A DNA stretch of 64,000 nucleotides from Paenibacillus sp. (GCA_032117095.1 JAULZZ010000122.1:168-64167), one strand, 5' to 3'; positions 45,920 to 55,616 are shown, counted from the stretch's first letter. Made by a program: numbers and translations. Notes: generated by a model from the sequence alone, not told the origin.

Positions 45920-46010
45920 GGAGAGGTGTCCGAGTGGTCGAAGGAGCACGATTGGAAATCGTGTAGGTGTGACAAGCGCCTCGAGGGTTCGAATCCCTCT
46001 CTCTCCGCCA
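45920..46010 (+). tRNA. tRNA-Ser (GGA)
   Basis: Long variable arm, anticodon loop ttGGAaa, encoded CCA. Confidence 0.9.
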
Positions 46011-46106
46011 CAGACGATCCGTCGTAATGCAAACTATCTAGTGCAACGATAAATAAAGCGAAAAACTCTGGTGCTCATGCGCAGGAATACCAATTTTATG
46101 ACATGA

Positions 46107-46181
46107 GGCCCGTTGGTCAAGTGGTTAAGACACCTCCCTTTCACGGAGGTAACAGGGGTTCGAATCCCCTACGGGTCACCA
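46107..46181 (+). tRNA. tRNA-Glu (TTC)
   Basis: Anticodon stem CCTCC/GGAGG, loop ctTTCac, encoded CCA. Confidence 0.9.
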
Positions 46182-46214
46182 TTTGCGTAGCATCAGATGA
46201 TACAATGTTTATTT

Positions 46215-46290
46215 GGACGCTTAGCTCAGCCGGGAGAGCATCTGCCTTACAAGCAGAGGGTCGGCGGTTCGATCCCGTCAGCGTCCACCA
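46215..46290 (+). tRNA. tRNA-Val (TAC)
   Basis: Anticodon loop ctTACaa, encoded CCA. Confidence 0.9.
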
Positions 46291-46296
46291 TCCTAT

Positions 46297-46370
<74 letters not shown>

Positions 46371-46373
46371 TAT

Positions 46374-46450
46374 GGAGCTGTGGTGTAGTGGCCCAACATG
46401 CCTGCCTGTCACGCAGGAGACCGCGGGTTCGAATCCCGTCAGCTCCGCCA
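46374..46450 (+). tRNA. tRNA-Asp (GTC)
   Basis: Anticodon loop ctGTCac, encoded CCA. Confidence 0.9.
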
Positions 46451-46494
46451 TAGATATACAGGTAGTATGCATAAACTACGATGCGGTGTATTAA

Positions 46495-46570
46495 GGCTTG
46501 GTAGCTCAGTCGGTAGAGCAAAGGACTGAAAATCCTTGTGTCGGCGGTTCGATTCCGTCCCAAGCCACCA
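46495..46570 (+). tRNA. tRNA-Phe (GAA)
   Basis: Anticodon loop ctGAAaa, encoded CCA. Confidence 0.9.
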
Positions 46571-46586
46571 TTTGTTGTACGGATAT

Positions 46587-46659
<73 letters not shown>

Positions 46660-46671
46660 TCCGCATATGTC

Positions 46672-46757
46672 GGAGGATTAGCGAAGTGGCCAAACGCAGG
46701 AGACTGTAAATCTCTTCCCTTACGGGTTCGGTGGTTCGAATCCATCATCCTCCACCA
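46672..46757 (+). tRNA. tRNA-Tyr (GTA)
   Basis: Long variable arm, loop ctGTAaa, encoded CCA. Confidence 0.9.
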
Positions 46758-46761
46758 GTAG

Positions 46762-46835
46762 AGGGGCATAGTTTAAAGGTAGAACAGCGGTCTCCAAAAC
46801 CGTTAGTGTGGGTTCAATTCCTGCTGCCCCTGCCA
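46762..46835 (+). tRNA. tRNA-Trp (CCA)
   Basis: Anticodon loop ctCCAaa, encoded CCA. Confidence 0.9.
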
Positions 46836-46850
46836 TCACTTGTGCGATAT

Positions 46851-46928
46851 GGCGGTCGTGGCGAAGTGGTTAACGCATCGGATTGTGGCTCCGACATTCG
46901 GGGGTTCAATTCCCCTCGATCGCCCCAT
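46851..46928 (+). tRNA. tRNA-His (GTG)
   Basis: Extra G-1 paired with C73, loop ttGTGgc, encoded CCA. Confidence 0.9.
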
Positions 46929-46942
46929 TCATTCTGTGCGCT

Positions 46943-47016
46943 GGGGATTAGCCAAGCGGTAAGGCAACGGACTTTGACTCCGTCATTCCCAGGTTCGATC
47001 CCTGGATCCCCAGCCA
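46943..47016 (+). tRNA. tRNA-Gln (TTG)
   Basis: Anticodon loop ctTTGac, encoded CCA. Confidence 0.9.
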
Positions 47017-47021
47017 ACGTT

Positions 47022-47093
47022 GCGGATGTGGCTCAGTGGTAGAGCATCGCCTTGCCAAGGCGAGGGTCGTGGGTTCGAATCCCATCATCCGCT
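47022..47093 (+). tRNA. tRNA-Gly (GCC)
   Basis: Anticodon loop ttGCCaa, discriminator T. No encoded CCA. Confidence 0.9.
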
Positions 47094-47100
47094 TCATCGA

Positions 47101-47171
47101 GGCGCCATAGCCAAGTGGTAAGGCAGAGCTCTGCAAAAGCTTTATCCCCAGTTCGAATCTGGGTGGCGCCT
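47101..47171 (+). tRNA. tRNA-Cys (GCA)
   Basis: Anticodon loop ctGCAaa, discriminator T. No encoded CCA. Confidence 0.9.
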
Positions 47172-47186
47172 TGTTTCATACTGTAA

Positions 47187-47275
47187 GCCGGGGTGGCGGA
47201 ATCGGCAGACGCACAGGACTTAAAATCCTGCGGTAGGTGACTATCGTACCGGTTCAAGTCCGGTCCTCGGCACCA
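47187..47275 (+). tRNA. tRNA-Leu (TAA)
   Basis: Long variable arm, loop ctTAAaa, encoded CCA. Confidence 0.9.
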
Positions 47276-47278
47276 TAT

Positions 47279-47352
47279 GTGCCCTTAGCTCAGCTGGATA
47301 GAGCGTTTGACTTCGAATCAAAAGGTCAGGAGTTCGAATCTCTTAGGGCACA
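47279..47352 (+). tRNA. tRNA-Arg (TCG)
   Basis: Acceptor GTGCCCT/AGGGCAC, loop ctTCGaa. No encoded CCA. It starts only 3 nt after tRNA-Leu. Confidence 0.85.
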
Positions 47353-47360
47353 CTTTACAC

Positions 47361-47440
47361 GCCGGTATGGCGGAATCGGCAGACGCGCGCGACTCAAAAT
47401 CGTGAGGGAAACCGTGGGGGTTCAAGTCCCTCTACCGGCA
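47361..47440 (+). tRNA. tRNA-Leu (CAA)
   Basis: Variable arm, loop ctCAAaa. No encoded CCA. Confidence 0.88.
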
Positions 47441-47557
47441 GTATACGTACAAAATGAAATGCGATACCAATCGACCGTGCAGTGCGAGAAGTATTCTGTT
47501 CACAATGCGTTTCTTACTTTCCCCTCACATGCGTCGGTGCAAGAAACATGTTACGAA

Positions 47558-47603
47558 GAAATGAACATAATCCAAAGTGGATTGCATTCATTTCTTTTTT
47601 TTT
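47558..47603 (+). terminator. Intrinsic terminator after the tRNA array
   Basis: GAAATGAA...(ATCCA aag TGGAT)...TTCATTTC followed by T9. Confidence 0.7.
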
Positions 47604-47789
47604 ACAAGTGAACGTGGCAATGTCAGAAAAATTGTACATACGTGCAAGTTCTTCCTTTGTAAAAAGGGGTGTTCAAACCTGTTCGTGCGACGAACAGTCG
47701 GTTTCATATCGGAAGAAACAGGAGGCACACGGATGAACCCGTGGCGCATACATATACTGCAATGAAAGACGAACAAGGGGGATCTTCTA

Positions 47790-48893
47790 TTGTCTGCTGC
47801 CCAAGCCCCAAAAGAATTGCGTGCCAAAGTCCGTGTAGCAATGGTGTATGGGGGCATGTCCTCAGAGCATGAAGTTTCTCTGGCCACCGCCAGAGCGGTG
47901 CTCAATGCATGGGATTTTGATCGGTATGAGGTGTATCCGATTTATATTGATCCGACAGGGTATTGGGCGCGCGGTTCACAAATTCACCAACCGCTCGGTG
48001 CACATAGCACATTGCGATTTGACCGCACTACGGCACAAAATGGGATCACGTGGTTGATGGAACAAGGGGCATGTGACCTCGTTTTTCCGTTGCTTCATGG
48101 AGCCAATGGGGAGGACGGCACGGTGCAAGGATTGCTCGAACTCTTGCGTATTCCTTACGTTGGGTGTGGTGTGTTGGCTTCCGCAGTCGGTCTCGATAAA
48201 GTCGTGATGAAACAGCTCTGTCAGGCGCACGGATTGCCTCAATGTCGTTTTGTGCATTTTACCCGCACGCAGTGGGAGCGAGACGGCGAGGCGTGCATAC
48301 GTCAGATCGAAAATGCGATAGGGTATCCGTGTTTTGTAAAGCCTGCCCAAGCGGGATCCTCTGTGGGGATTTCCAAAGTATGCGAGGGGGCGCATCTCCA
48401 CGCAGCGATCGTCGAAGCGTTTCGGCACGATGAGAAAGTGCTTATCGAGGAAGCGATGGTTTGTCGTGAGATCGAAGTCGGCGTATTGGGCAATGAACAC
48501 GTGCGTACTTCTGTGGTCGGTGAAATTGTATGTGCACATGAATTTTATGATTATGAGGCCAAATACGTTTCTTCTACCACGCAGATGGTCATCCCGGCAA
48601 GACTACCAGAGACGGTCGTTGAGGACGTACAGCGGTTGGCGGTGCAAGCGTTTGCACTCATCGGAGGGACAGGATTGTCTCGGGTGGACTTTTTCTATCG
48701 TGAAGAAGATCAAGCCGTATTCCTCAATGAGATCAACACGATGCCAGGATTTACACCGCTTTCGATGTATCCCCAACTTTGGTTGCATACGCAGATGACG
48801 TATCGTACACTGCTCGACACATTGATTGCGCTGGCCTTTGAGCGATATGAGACGAGACAACAACATATAGCGCAAAATCAAGGCGTTTCATAA
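47790..48893 (+). CDS. ddl: D-alanine--D-alanine ligase
   Basis: VAMVYGGMSSEHEVSL, HGANGEDGTVQGLLE, EINTMPGFT. TTG start after AAGGGGGA. Confidence 0.9.
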   Translation: MSAAQAPKELRAKVRVAMVYGGMSSEHEVSLATARAVLNAWDFDRYEVYPIYIDPTGYWARGSQIHQPLGAHSTLRFDRTTAQNGITWLMEQGACDLVFPLLHGANGEDGTVQGLLELLRIPYVGCGVLASAVGLDKVVMKQLCQAHGLPQCRFVHFTRTQWERDGEACIRQIENAIGYPCFVKPAQAGSSVGISKVCEGAHLHAAIVEAFRHDEKVLIEEAMVCREIEVGVLGNEHVRTSVVGEIVCAHEFYDYEAKYVSSTTQMVIPARLPETVVEDVQRLAVQAFALIGGTGLSRVDFFYREEDQAVFLNEINTMPGFTPLSMYPQLWLHTQMTYRTLLDTLIALAFERYETRQQHIAQNQGVS

Positions 48894-49000
48894 ACGAAAG
48901 GGAAGGAAATATGTAGACGACCGTTCGGGTATGCACTTGCTTTTTTTGGCGTTTTGCGGTACGTTGTACGTGCGAGATGGGCAATAGACGATCGAGATGA

Positions 49001-49798
49001 ATGGGGATGAATGAGTTGCCTACGAATAGCAAGGGGTTATTACAAGACAAGGTGATCGTGGTCATGGGTGTAGCCAATGAACGGAGCATTGCATGGGGCA
49101 TTGCGCAGTCATTGGCGTCCCAAGGGGCGACACTCATCTTTACATATGAAAGTCCGCGCGTCGCTGAACGGGTGCGCAAACTTGCCGATACGATCGCGCA
49201 GGCGACGGTGCTCGCTTGTGATGTGACCGACGATGCACAGCTCGATGCATTGGCCATGCAGGTAAAAGAGCAGTTTGGTGTTTTGCATGGGATTGTACAT
49301 GCGATCGCCTTTGCAAATAAAGAAGATTTACACGGATTGTATGTGAATACATCGCGTACGGGATATGCCTTAGCGCAAGATATTAGTGCCTACTCACTCG
49401 TTGCAGTGACGCAGCGATTGTATCCGCTCATGACGAATGGGGGGAGCATTGTGACGATGACGTATTTGGGGGCAGAACGCGCCTTGCGAAATTATAACGT
49501 CATGGGAGTCGCCAAAGCGGCGTTGGAGGCGAGTGTGCGGTATTTGGCGTTGGAGCTCGGCGCACATGACGTGCGTGTGAATGCCATTTCCGCTGGCCCG
49601 ATTAAGACGTTGGCCGCCAAAGGGATTGGCGATTTCAATGCAATTTTGCGCCAAGTCGAAGAGAAATCCCCATTAAAGCGTACGACGGATGCTTCCGAGG
49701 TAGGCGATACGGCGTTGTTTTTGATGAGTCCGTGGGCGAGGGGCATTACGGGCGAAGTCATTTATGTGGACAGTGGATACCATATCGTGGGCGTATAG
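49001..49798 (+). CDS. fabI: Enoyl-[acyl-carrier-protein] reductase (NADH), FabI type
   Basis: VVMGVANERSIAWGIA, and the SDR-like catalytic region YNVMGVAKAALEA. Confidence 0.9.
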   Translation: MGMNELPTNSKGLLQDKVIVVMGVANERSIAWGIAQSLASQGATLIFTYESPRVAERVRKLADTIAQATVLACDVTDDAQLDALAMQVKEQFGVLHGIVHAIAFANKEDLHGLYVNTSRTGYALAQDISAYSLVAVTQRLYPLMTNGGSIVTMTYLGAERALRNYNVMGVAKAALEASVRYLALELGAHDVRVNAISAGPIKTLAAKGIGDFNAILRQVEEKSPLKRTTDASEVGDTALFLMSPWARGITGEVIYVDSGYHIVGV

Positions 49799-49892
49799 CG
49801 TAACAATACAGTGTTTGATGGCGCGTGTGTGTGGAAGATGGGGGACATGCAGGGCATGCGCGCTAGATGGGTTGGGATAAGGGGGGGGACAT

Positions 49893-50732
49893 ATGGAACG
49901 TGACGATCGACAATCGTCCGTCGTAGCGACGAAATCGTATACCGCAGTTGCGATCAGTACGGCGGCGAAGGCAGGGGAATGGATCAGGAGAAAGTTCGGT
50001 TCTGCGATCACGGTACAGACTAAGCGATCGTGGCAAGATTTGGTCACCGAAGTTGACCAAGGGGCAGAAAAGCTGATTCGAAACTACATTTTGACTTATT
50101 TTCCCGATCACGTCTTTTGGGGAGAAGAAAGTGTCTATGCCTCTTCCACGACAGCGATGACGGATTTCACTGCACAGGAATATGTGTGGATCGTAGATCC
50201 CATCGATGGGACGACGAATTTTGTGCACGAACTTCCGATGTATACGATATCGATTGCGTTGGCGCATCGTGGGGAAGTGATCGTCGGGGTTGTGTATGAT
50301 CCGATGCGTGACGAAATGTTCGTTGCCGAACAGGGCAAAGGGACATACGTTGGAGGAAAACGTGTGTTTGTGTCGAAGGATGTGGATTTGCAACACAGTT
50401 TGGTTGCGGGAGGATTTCCAACCGAGCACACCCAAAAGTTGCCGCTTGCCTTGCGTCAGTTGACGGCGGTCGCCCCTCACGTGCGCAATGTGCGTGCACT
50501 CGGTTCGGCAGCGTTGCATTTGGCCTATATCGCCTCAGGGCGACTTTCAGGGTATTGGGAACCAAACTTACAGCCATGGGACGTGGCAGCGGGGGTATTG
50601 CTCGTCCAAGAAGCAGGGGGGAAGGTGACGGCGCTGTCAGGAGAACCGTATCGGTTGACGACACGGGATGTGCTGGCGACGAATAGTCACATTCACGAAG
50701 AATTATTACGTATTTTGAGCCGCATCGTCTAA
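49893..50732 (+). CDS. Inositol monophosphatase family protein (SuhB/YktC-like)
   Basis: WGEES, WIVDPIDGTTNFVH, WDVAAG. Confidence 0.85.
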   Translation: MERDDRQSSVVATKSYTAVAISTAAKAGEWIRRKFGSAITVQTKRSWQDLVTEVDQGAEKLIRNYILTYFPDHVFWGEESVYASSTTAMTDFTAQEYVWIVDPIDGTTNFVHELPMYTISIALAHRGEVIVGVVYDPMRDEMFVAEQGKGTYVGGKRVFVSKDVDLQHSLVAGGFPTEHTQKLPLALRQLTAVAPHVRNVRALGSAALHLAYIASGRLSGYWEPNLQPWDVAAGVLLVQEAGGKVTALSGEPYRLTTRDVLATNSHIHEELLRILSRIV

Positions 50733-50740
50733 TCTCATAC

Positions 50741-50944
50741 TCATAAGAAACATTGTTTGAATACAGGAATCCTGCTGGTTAAAAATCCCTTTTTTAGCAA
50801 AATGTAGCCCTATAGGACACTCTATAAACACGTTTGTAAAAAATCACCTTGCCACAAACAAATGATTTTTTGTGCATGTTTGTGCGTGTGATGGGTTTTA
50901 TAGTGGCGCCCTCTGCATCGATGTTTTTAATCCGTGTTTCGTAC
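50741..50944 (-). repeat. Family-1 MITE-like element interrupted by a family-2 element
   Basis: The left part ctcataagaaacattgtttgaatacaggaatcctgctggttaaaaatc and the right part ctctgcatcgatgtttttaatccgtgtttcgta are contiguous in other copies. Confidence 0.75.
50815..50910 (+). mobile_element. Family-2 inverted-repeat element nested in the family-1 copy
   Basis: ggacactctataaac...aaaaaatca(ccttgccacaaacaa)tgatttttt...gttttatagtggcgcc. The termini are inverted and the centre is an A-run/hairpin/T-run. Confidence 0.7.
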
Positions 50945-51017
50945 TGCGGCATGCATAGGCAAAGTGGCGAGGGCGTACCGAACATCTGTGGTAGGAACAG
51001 CGGAAGGGATGACGCAA

Positions 51018-51779
51018 ATGAATGGATGGTTTATTACCGGTACGGATACAGGCGTCGGAAAAACGGTCGTTACCTCGCTTTTGGCAGCCGTTTTTCAAAA
51101 ACGAAACGCACAACAACACCCAGATGCTCCACAGACCATTTGCGTGTGGAAACCAATTCAAACGGGCGAACCGTGCGGTGCGATGTCTTCAGATAGCATG
51201 CGTTTGGTTGCGGGGAGCGGGATTGCGCAGACGGATGAACAGACGGCAACGTTTACGTTTGAGCACCCCTTAGCACCATGGATGGCAGCCTTGCGCGTCG
51301 GTCAAAAAGTATCTTATCAGTTTCTTGTCGATGAAGGGCGAAAACGGTTGCGTGCGTATGATTATACGTTGATCGAAGGGGCAGGAGGGCTGGCTGTTCC
51401 TTTGACGGAACACCATCTGCTTAGTGATTTGGTCGTTGCGTTGAAGTTGCCTCTGCTTATCGTCGCCCGCGCTGGCGTGGGTACGGTCAACCATACGTTA
51501 TTGACGATTCAAGCGGCGCAACGCGTACACATCCCCATTGCAGGGGTCATCTTGAATGATTGTATGCCATTAATGCAAGACATCGCATACGAAAATGCAC
51601 AGATGGTCGAACGGTTTGGTGGCGTAAAGGTGTTGGGGATTTTGCCGCGACTGGACGAAGGAATGTGCCCGCAGACGCTTGCCCAGTGGGAGGCGTGGCG
51701 CATGCGTGGCGTGGCGATGATGGAACAACATATCGCATTGGACAAGTTGTGGAACGAGCGAAAGCAGGTGAACGCATGA
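51018..51779 (+). CDS. bioD: Dethiobiotin synthase
   Basis: FITGTDTGVGKT P-loop. GGAAGGG lies 9 nt before the ATG at 51018. Confidence 0.85.
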   Translation: MNGWFITGTDTGVGKTVVTSLLAAVFQKRNAQQHPDAPQTICVWKPIQTGEPCGAMSSDSMRLVAGSGIAQTDEQTATFTFEHPLAPWMAALRVGQKVSYQFLVDEGRKRLRAYDYTLIEGAGGLAVPLTEHHLLSDLVVALKLPLLIVARAGVGTVNHTLLTIQAAQRVHIPIAGVILNDCMPLMQDIAYENAQMVERFGGVKVLGILPRLDEGMCPQTLAQWEAWRMRGVAMMEQHIALDKLWNERKQVNA

Positions 51780-52786
51780 CCGCAGTAAGCGAAGTACATA
51801 CAGACACGTCACTATGGGATACGTATGCTACGATGGCGCTACAAGGGAAAAGATTGTCCCCCTCGCAAGCGTTGTCTGTCTTACAGGCAGACGATCGGCA
51901 ATTATTGTCCTTGTTGCACGCAGCGTATCGTGTACGTTATTTTTATTATGGAAACAAAGTGAAACTAAACGTGATCATGAACGCAAAGTCGGGATTGTGT
52001 CCTGAAGATTGCGGATATTGTGCGCAGTCTATCGTATCGACAGCGCCGATCTCCAAGTATCCGTTGCTCGATCGCCAAACAATCATTGATGGAGCAAAAC
52101 GTGCCTTGGAACGACAAGTCGGGACGTATTGTATCGTGGCGAGTGGACGGGGTCCGACGAATCGGGAGCTCGAACACGTTATCGAGGCAGTGGCGGAGAT
52201 CAAGGCGACGATGTCGCTCAAGATTTGTGCTTGCTTGGGCATCCTCAACGACGACCAAGCGGTGCGCTTAAAACAAGCGGGGGTCGATCGCTACAACCAC
52301 AACCTTAACACGGATGCCTCGCATTTTTCCAACATTACAACGACACATACGTACGACGATCGCGTGCGCACCGTCGAGACGGCGACGAGGGCGGGGATGT
52401 CTCCGTGTTCGGGGTGCATTGTCGGGATGGGTGAAACGGATGAACAACTCATAGATGTCGCCTTTGCATTACGTGACCTGCACGCCGATTCGATCCCTGT
52501 GAATTTTCTGCATGCGATTGCGGGGACCCCACTAGAACACGTCGATGCACTCAATCCACGGCGTTGCCTAAAAATATTAGCACTCATGCGCTTTGTTTGT
52601 CCGACCAAAGAAATTCGGGCGTCAGGGGGGCGTGAAGTGAATCTCCGTAGTTTGCAACCGCTTGCTTTGTACGCCGCAAATTCAATTTTTATCGGGGATT
52701 ATTTGACGACTGCTGGACAAGCGTATACCGCAGACCATCAGATGATCGCCGATATGGGATTTGAGATCGAGACGTGTGCGTTGTGA
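51776..52786 (+). CDS. bioB: Biotin synthase (radical SAM)
   Basis: CPEDCGYC cluster motif and a YNHNLNT segment. The ATG overlaps the bioD stop (ATGA). The upstream ORF portion (51560-51775) is spurious. Confidence 0.9.
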   Translation: MTAVSEVHTDTSLWDTYATMALQGKRLSPSQALSVLQADDRQLLSLLHAAYRVRYFYYGNKVKLNVIMNAKSGLCPEDCGYCAQSIVSTAPISKYPLLDRQTIIDGAKRALERQVGTYCIVASGRGPTNRELEHVIEAVAEIKATMSLKICACLGILNDDQAVRLKQAGVDRYNHNLNTDASHFSNITTTHTYDDRVRTVETATRAGMSPCSGCIVGMGETDEQLIDVAFALRDLHADSIPVNFLHAIAGTPLEHVDALNPRRCLKILALMRFVCPTKEIRASGGREVNLRSLQPLALYAANSIFIGDYLTTAGQAYTADHQMIADMGFEIETCAL

Positions 52787-52790
52787 CGGC

Positions 52791-53996
52791 ATGAATACGT
52801 TTTTCGATAAAATTACGGTCTCATTACAACAGTGGGATAGGCAAGGGCGCAGGCGTACGTTGGAGGAAACCGCACAACCGTCAGATGCATTCGTCGTGCG
52901 AGAAGGGCGCACGTTGCTCAATTTGGCTTCGAATCGGTATTTGGGCGCGTTGGCGGTTACTTCAGATGAAAAAAGTGGAGAAGGGACACCCAAAAGGAAA
53001 CGTACGCATGGCGGAGGGGCAGGGTCTTCTCGACTTATCGTGGGGACAGACGAGCAGACGCTGGCGTTTGAGTGTGCATGGGCGCAGTTTAAAGGGACGG
53101 AAGCGTGCTTGATGTTTGGCAGTGGATATGCGGCGAACGTGGGCGTGGTCGCAGCGCTTGCCGATCGGCATACGGTCGTGTTTAGTGATCGACTCAATCA
53201 TGCGAGCATCATAGATGGCGTCGTCTTAGCGCGTGCACAGCTCAAACGGTATCGTCACGGCGATGTGGTGCATTTGGAACAATTGCTCGCACATACGCCA
53301 CCGCACGTACGCAAATGGATTATTACGGATGCGGTATTTAGCATGGACGGCACCGTGGCACCGTTGCCACAACTCGTCGCACTCGCCAAAGCGTATGGCG
53401 CAGCACTCATGGTCGATGAGGCGCATAGCGGAGGGGTTTTCGGTGATGAAGGGCAAGGGCTCGTGCATGCGATGGGCTTGACGGATGACGTGGATGTGAT
53501 CATGGGCACGTTTAGCAAGGCGTATGACAGCTATGGGGCATATGTCGCCGGCCGTGCGGACGTGATTGATTATTTGGTCCATACGGCAAGAAGCTTCATG
53601 TATTCGACCGCTTTGCCGCCGCTTGTGGTGGCGATGACGACGGAGCACGTACGCCGTGCACAAAAGGAAGCGTGGCGTCGTTTGGCGGTACAGACGCATG
53701 CGCAGACGTTACGCACCCGTTTGGTCGAGGCGGGATTTTCTCTCCCCTGTGCACATACGCCATGGTACAGTGGCATCGTACCGATCGTGGTGGGGGACAA
53801 TGGGCAGGCATTACGGTTTGCACATGAATTGCAGCAAGTGCATGCCCTGTGCGCCGTAGCGATTCGGCCACCGACCGTGCCAGAACGTACGGCGCGTGTG
53901 CGCCTCTCTTTGATGGCGACGCATACGGAGGAGCAAATGTGTCGTGTCGCCGAGGCACTTGTGTCGTCCGCACAACGTTTGCATATGATTCCGTGA
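52791..53996 (+). CDS. bioF: 8-amino-7-oxononanoate synthase
   Basis: GSGYAANVG, VDEAHSGGVFG, GTFSKAY (PLP lysine). Confidence 0.88.
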   Translation: MNTFFDKITVSLQQWDRQGRRRTLEETAQPSDAFVVREGRTLLNLASNRYLGALAVTSDEKSGEGTPKRKRTHGGGAGSSRLIVGTDEQTLAFECAWAQFKGTEACLMFGSGYAANVGVVAALADRHTVVFSDRLNHASIIDGVVLARAQLKRYRHGDVVHLEQLLAHTPPHVRKWIITDAVFSMDGTVAPLPQLVALAKAYGAALMVDEAHSGGVFGDEGQGLVHAMGLTDDVDVIMGTFSKAYDSYGAYVAGRADVIDYLVHTARSFMYSTALPPLVVAMTTEHVRRAQKEAWRRLAVQTHAQTLRTRLVEAGFSLPCAHTPWYSGIVPIVVGDNGQALRFAHELQQVHALCAVAIRPPTVPERTARVRLSLMATHTEEQMCRVAEALVSSAQRLHMIP

Positions 53997-54015
53997 GCGG
54001 GGGGAGGAACGTCTT

Positions 54016-54816
54016 TTGCATCCAGTACAGCATGCTTTTCCTGCGGATGAGGCGGACGTCGTGCGATGGGTGTGGGTACCGGGGTGGAGTATGGATGACC
54101 GCCACTGGGGTGGTTTTGCGCAACGTTTTCTCTCTATCGAACATACATACGTAGATTTTTCGCAATGCGAAACGGGGCAATCATTTTATGAGGCGGTGCG
54201 TACTGCGATCGTGGCGAACCCGCATGCACACGCCACAGCGCAAAGAGGGAAACAAAGTGCCCCTTCTTGTGTCGTGGCATGGTCGATGGGGGCGATGGTG
54301 GCGCTAGACGTGTTGGCGACGCTACACGAGGACATACCGCTTGTCATTTTTGGGGGGAGTGTCCAATTTGCCTCCTCAGACGTGCACCGTGGGATGCCCC
54401 CTACGGCGATCACCCGCATGCAACGGCAGTTGGTGCGAGATCGTGCGGGCACATTGCGGACATTTCGGTGTGCGGTGTGGGGGCAGAGGCAAGATGTGCA
54501 GGGAGACGAGGGCGATGAGACGAGATGGGGCGCTTGTCGGTGGAAAATGGGGGCGTTGATCGAAGGATTGCACTATTTGCGAACCGCACATGTGCAGGAC
54601 GCATGGTGTCAGTATCGCGAACATACGCTTTGGATACATGGGGATGACGATCGGATTTGTCCGCGGGGAGGCGTGCCAGCACAGGCGATGGTCGTTCCCG
54701 CAGGGGGACATGCTCCCTTTTGGACACAGCCACAACGGTGTGAAGAGGAGATGCGGCGGTGGATGGCGCACAGACAACAAAACGGCAGATCAGCGAGCGG
54801 TTTGGCGCAAAAGTGA
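54016..54816 (+). CDS. bioH: Alpha/beta hydrolase, BioH-like pimeloyl-ACP methyl ester esterase
   Basis: VPGWSM, nucleophile elbow AWSMGA, C-terminal GGHAPFW. It sits between bioF and bioC. Confidence 0.65.
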   Translation: MHPVQHAFPADEADVVRWVWVPGWSMDDRHWGGFAQRFLSIEHTYVDFSQCETGQSFYEAVRTAIVANPHAHATAQRGKQSAPSCVVAWSMGAMVALDVLATLHEDIPLVIFGGSVQFASSDVHRGMPPTAITRMQRQLVRDRAGTLRTFRCAVWGQRQDVQGDEGDETRWGACRWKMGALIEGLHYLRTAHVQDAWCQYREHTLWIHGDDDRICPRGGVPAQAMVVPAGGHAPFWTQPQRCEEEMRRWMAHRQQNGRSASGLAQK

Positions 54817-55592
54817 CGACGTATGACGATTTTGCATGCGTACAACGAGAAATGATGCACCACTTGATGGCGTTGCTCCATGCAAAACATCGTACCCCTG
54901 TGCAACACGTGTTGGAGGTCGGCTGTGGGACGGGCGCTTTGACGGACTGCTTGCTCACGACGTACGCCCAAGCGCAGGTGACCGCCGTGGATATTGCTTT
55001 GCCGATGATTGAGGCGACGGCACGGCGGTGTGCCTCAGACATGAAGCGGCTTCGTCTGTTGCACGGGGATGGGGAGCGATTAGAAGAGGTTTTTACAGCC
55101 CACTCGCCTCCCCGCTTTGACTTGATCGTGAGCAGTGCGGCGATTCAGTGGTTTACCGCCCCGTGTGAAGCGATGAAAGATTGGGTGCGTTATGTGCGAC
55201 CACACGGCACGATTGCTTTGGCGACGTTTGGGCCTCGGACGTTGGAGCAGTTGCGGCAGGCGTTTATTTTGGCGGAAGCGCAATTACAGCTTCCCCATGT
55301 GCCCCGTACGTTGGCGTTTGTCGATCCGCTGGCAGTGGAGACGCAGTTATGCCAACTCGGCGCTGACGTGACGGTGCAAGAACAAATACAGACGGTGACG
55401 TATGCGACACCACGGGAGTTGTTGCATCACCTGAAAGCGATCGGTGCGAATCATGTGCCACGACACGCCCAAACAATGTTTCATCGGGCGTTATTTTTGC
55501 GTATGGTTGAGGCGTATACGCACACTTTTGGCGATGCGACAGGGGTGCCTGCGACGTATCAGGTGGTGTATGCGGTGGCGACGTTCAGATAA
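54759..55592 (+). CDS. bioC: Malonyl-ACP O-methyltransferase
   Basis: SAM motif VLEVGCGTGALT, FDLIVSSAAIQW, and an N-terminal ISERFGAKVTTYDDFACVQR typical of BioC. It overlaps bioH by 58 nt if the start at 54759 is right. Confidence 0.75.
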   Translation: MDGAQTTKRQISERFGAKVTTYDDFACVQREMMHHLMALLHAKHRTPVQHVLEVGCGTGALTDCLLTTYAQAQVTAVDIALPMIEATARRCASDMKRLRLLHGDGERLEEVFTAHSPPRFDLIVSSAAIQWFTAPCEAMKDWVRYVRPHGTIALATFGPRTLEQLRQAFILAEAQLQLPHVPRTLAFVDPLAVETQLCQLGADVTVQEQIQTVTYATPRELLHHLKAIGANHVPRHAQTMFHRALFLRMVEAYTHTFGDATGVPATYQVVYAVATFR

Positions 55593-55616
55593 AAAAGGCA
55601 AAGGGGAGGCGGGCAC

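Noticed and set aside
50945-51017. I looked for a BirA operator (bioO-type TGTTAACC...GGTTAACA palindrome) upstream of bioD.
   Set aside because: No such inverted repeat is present. The only GGTTAA-containing sequence belongs to the repeat element core.
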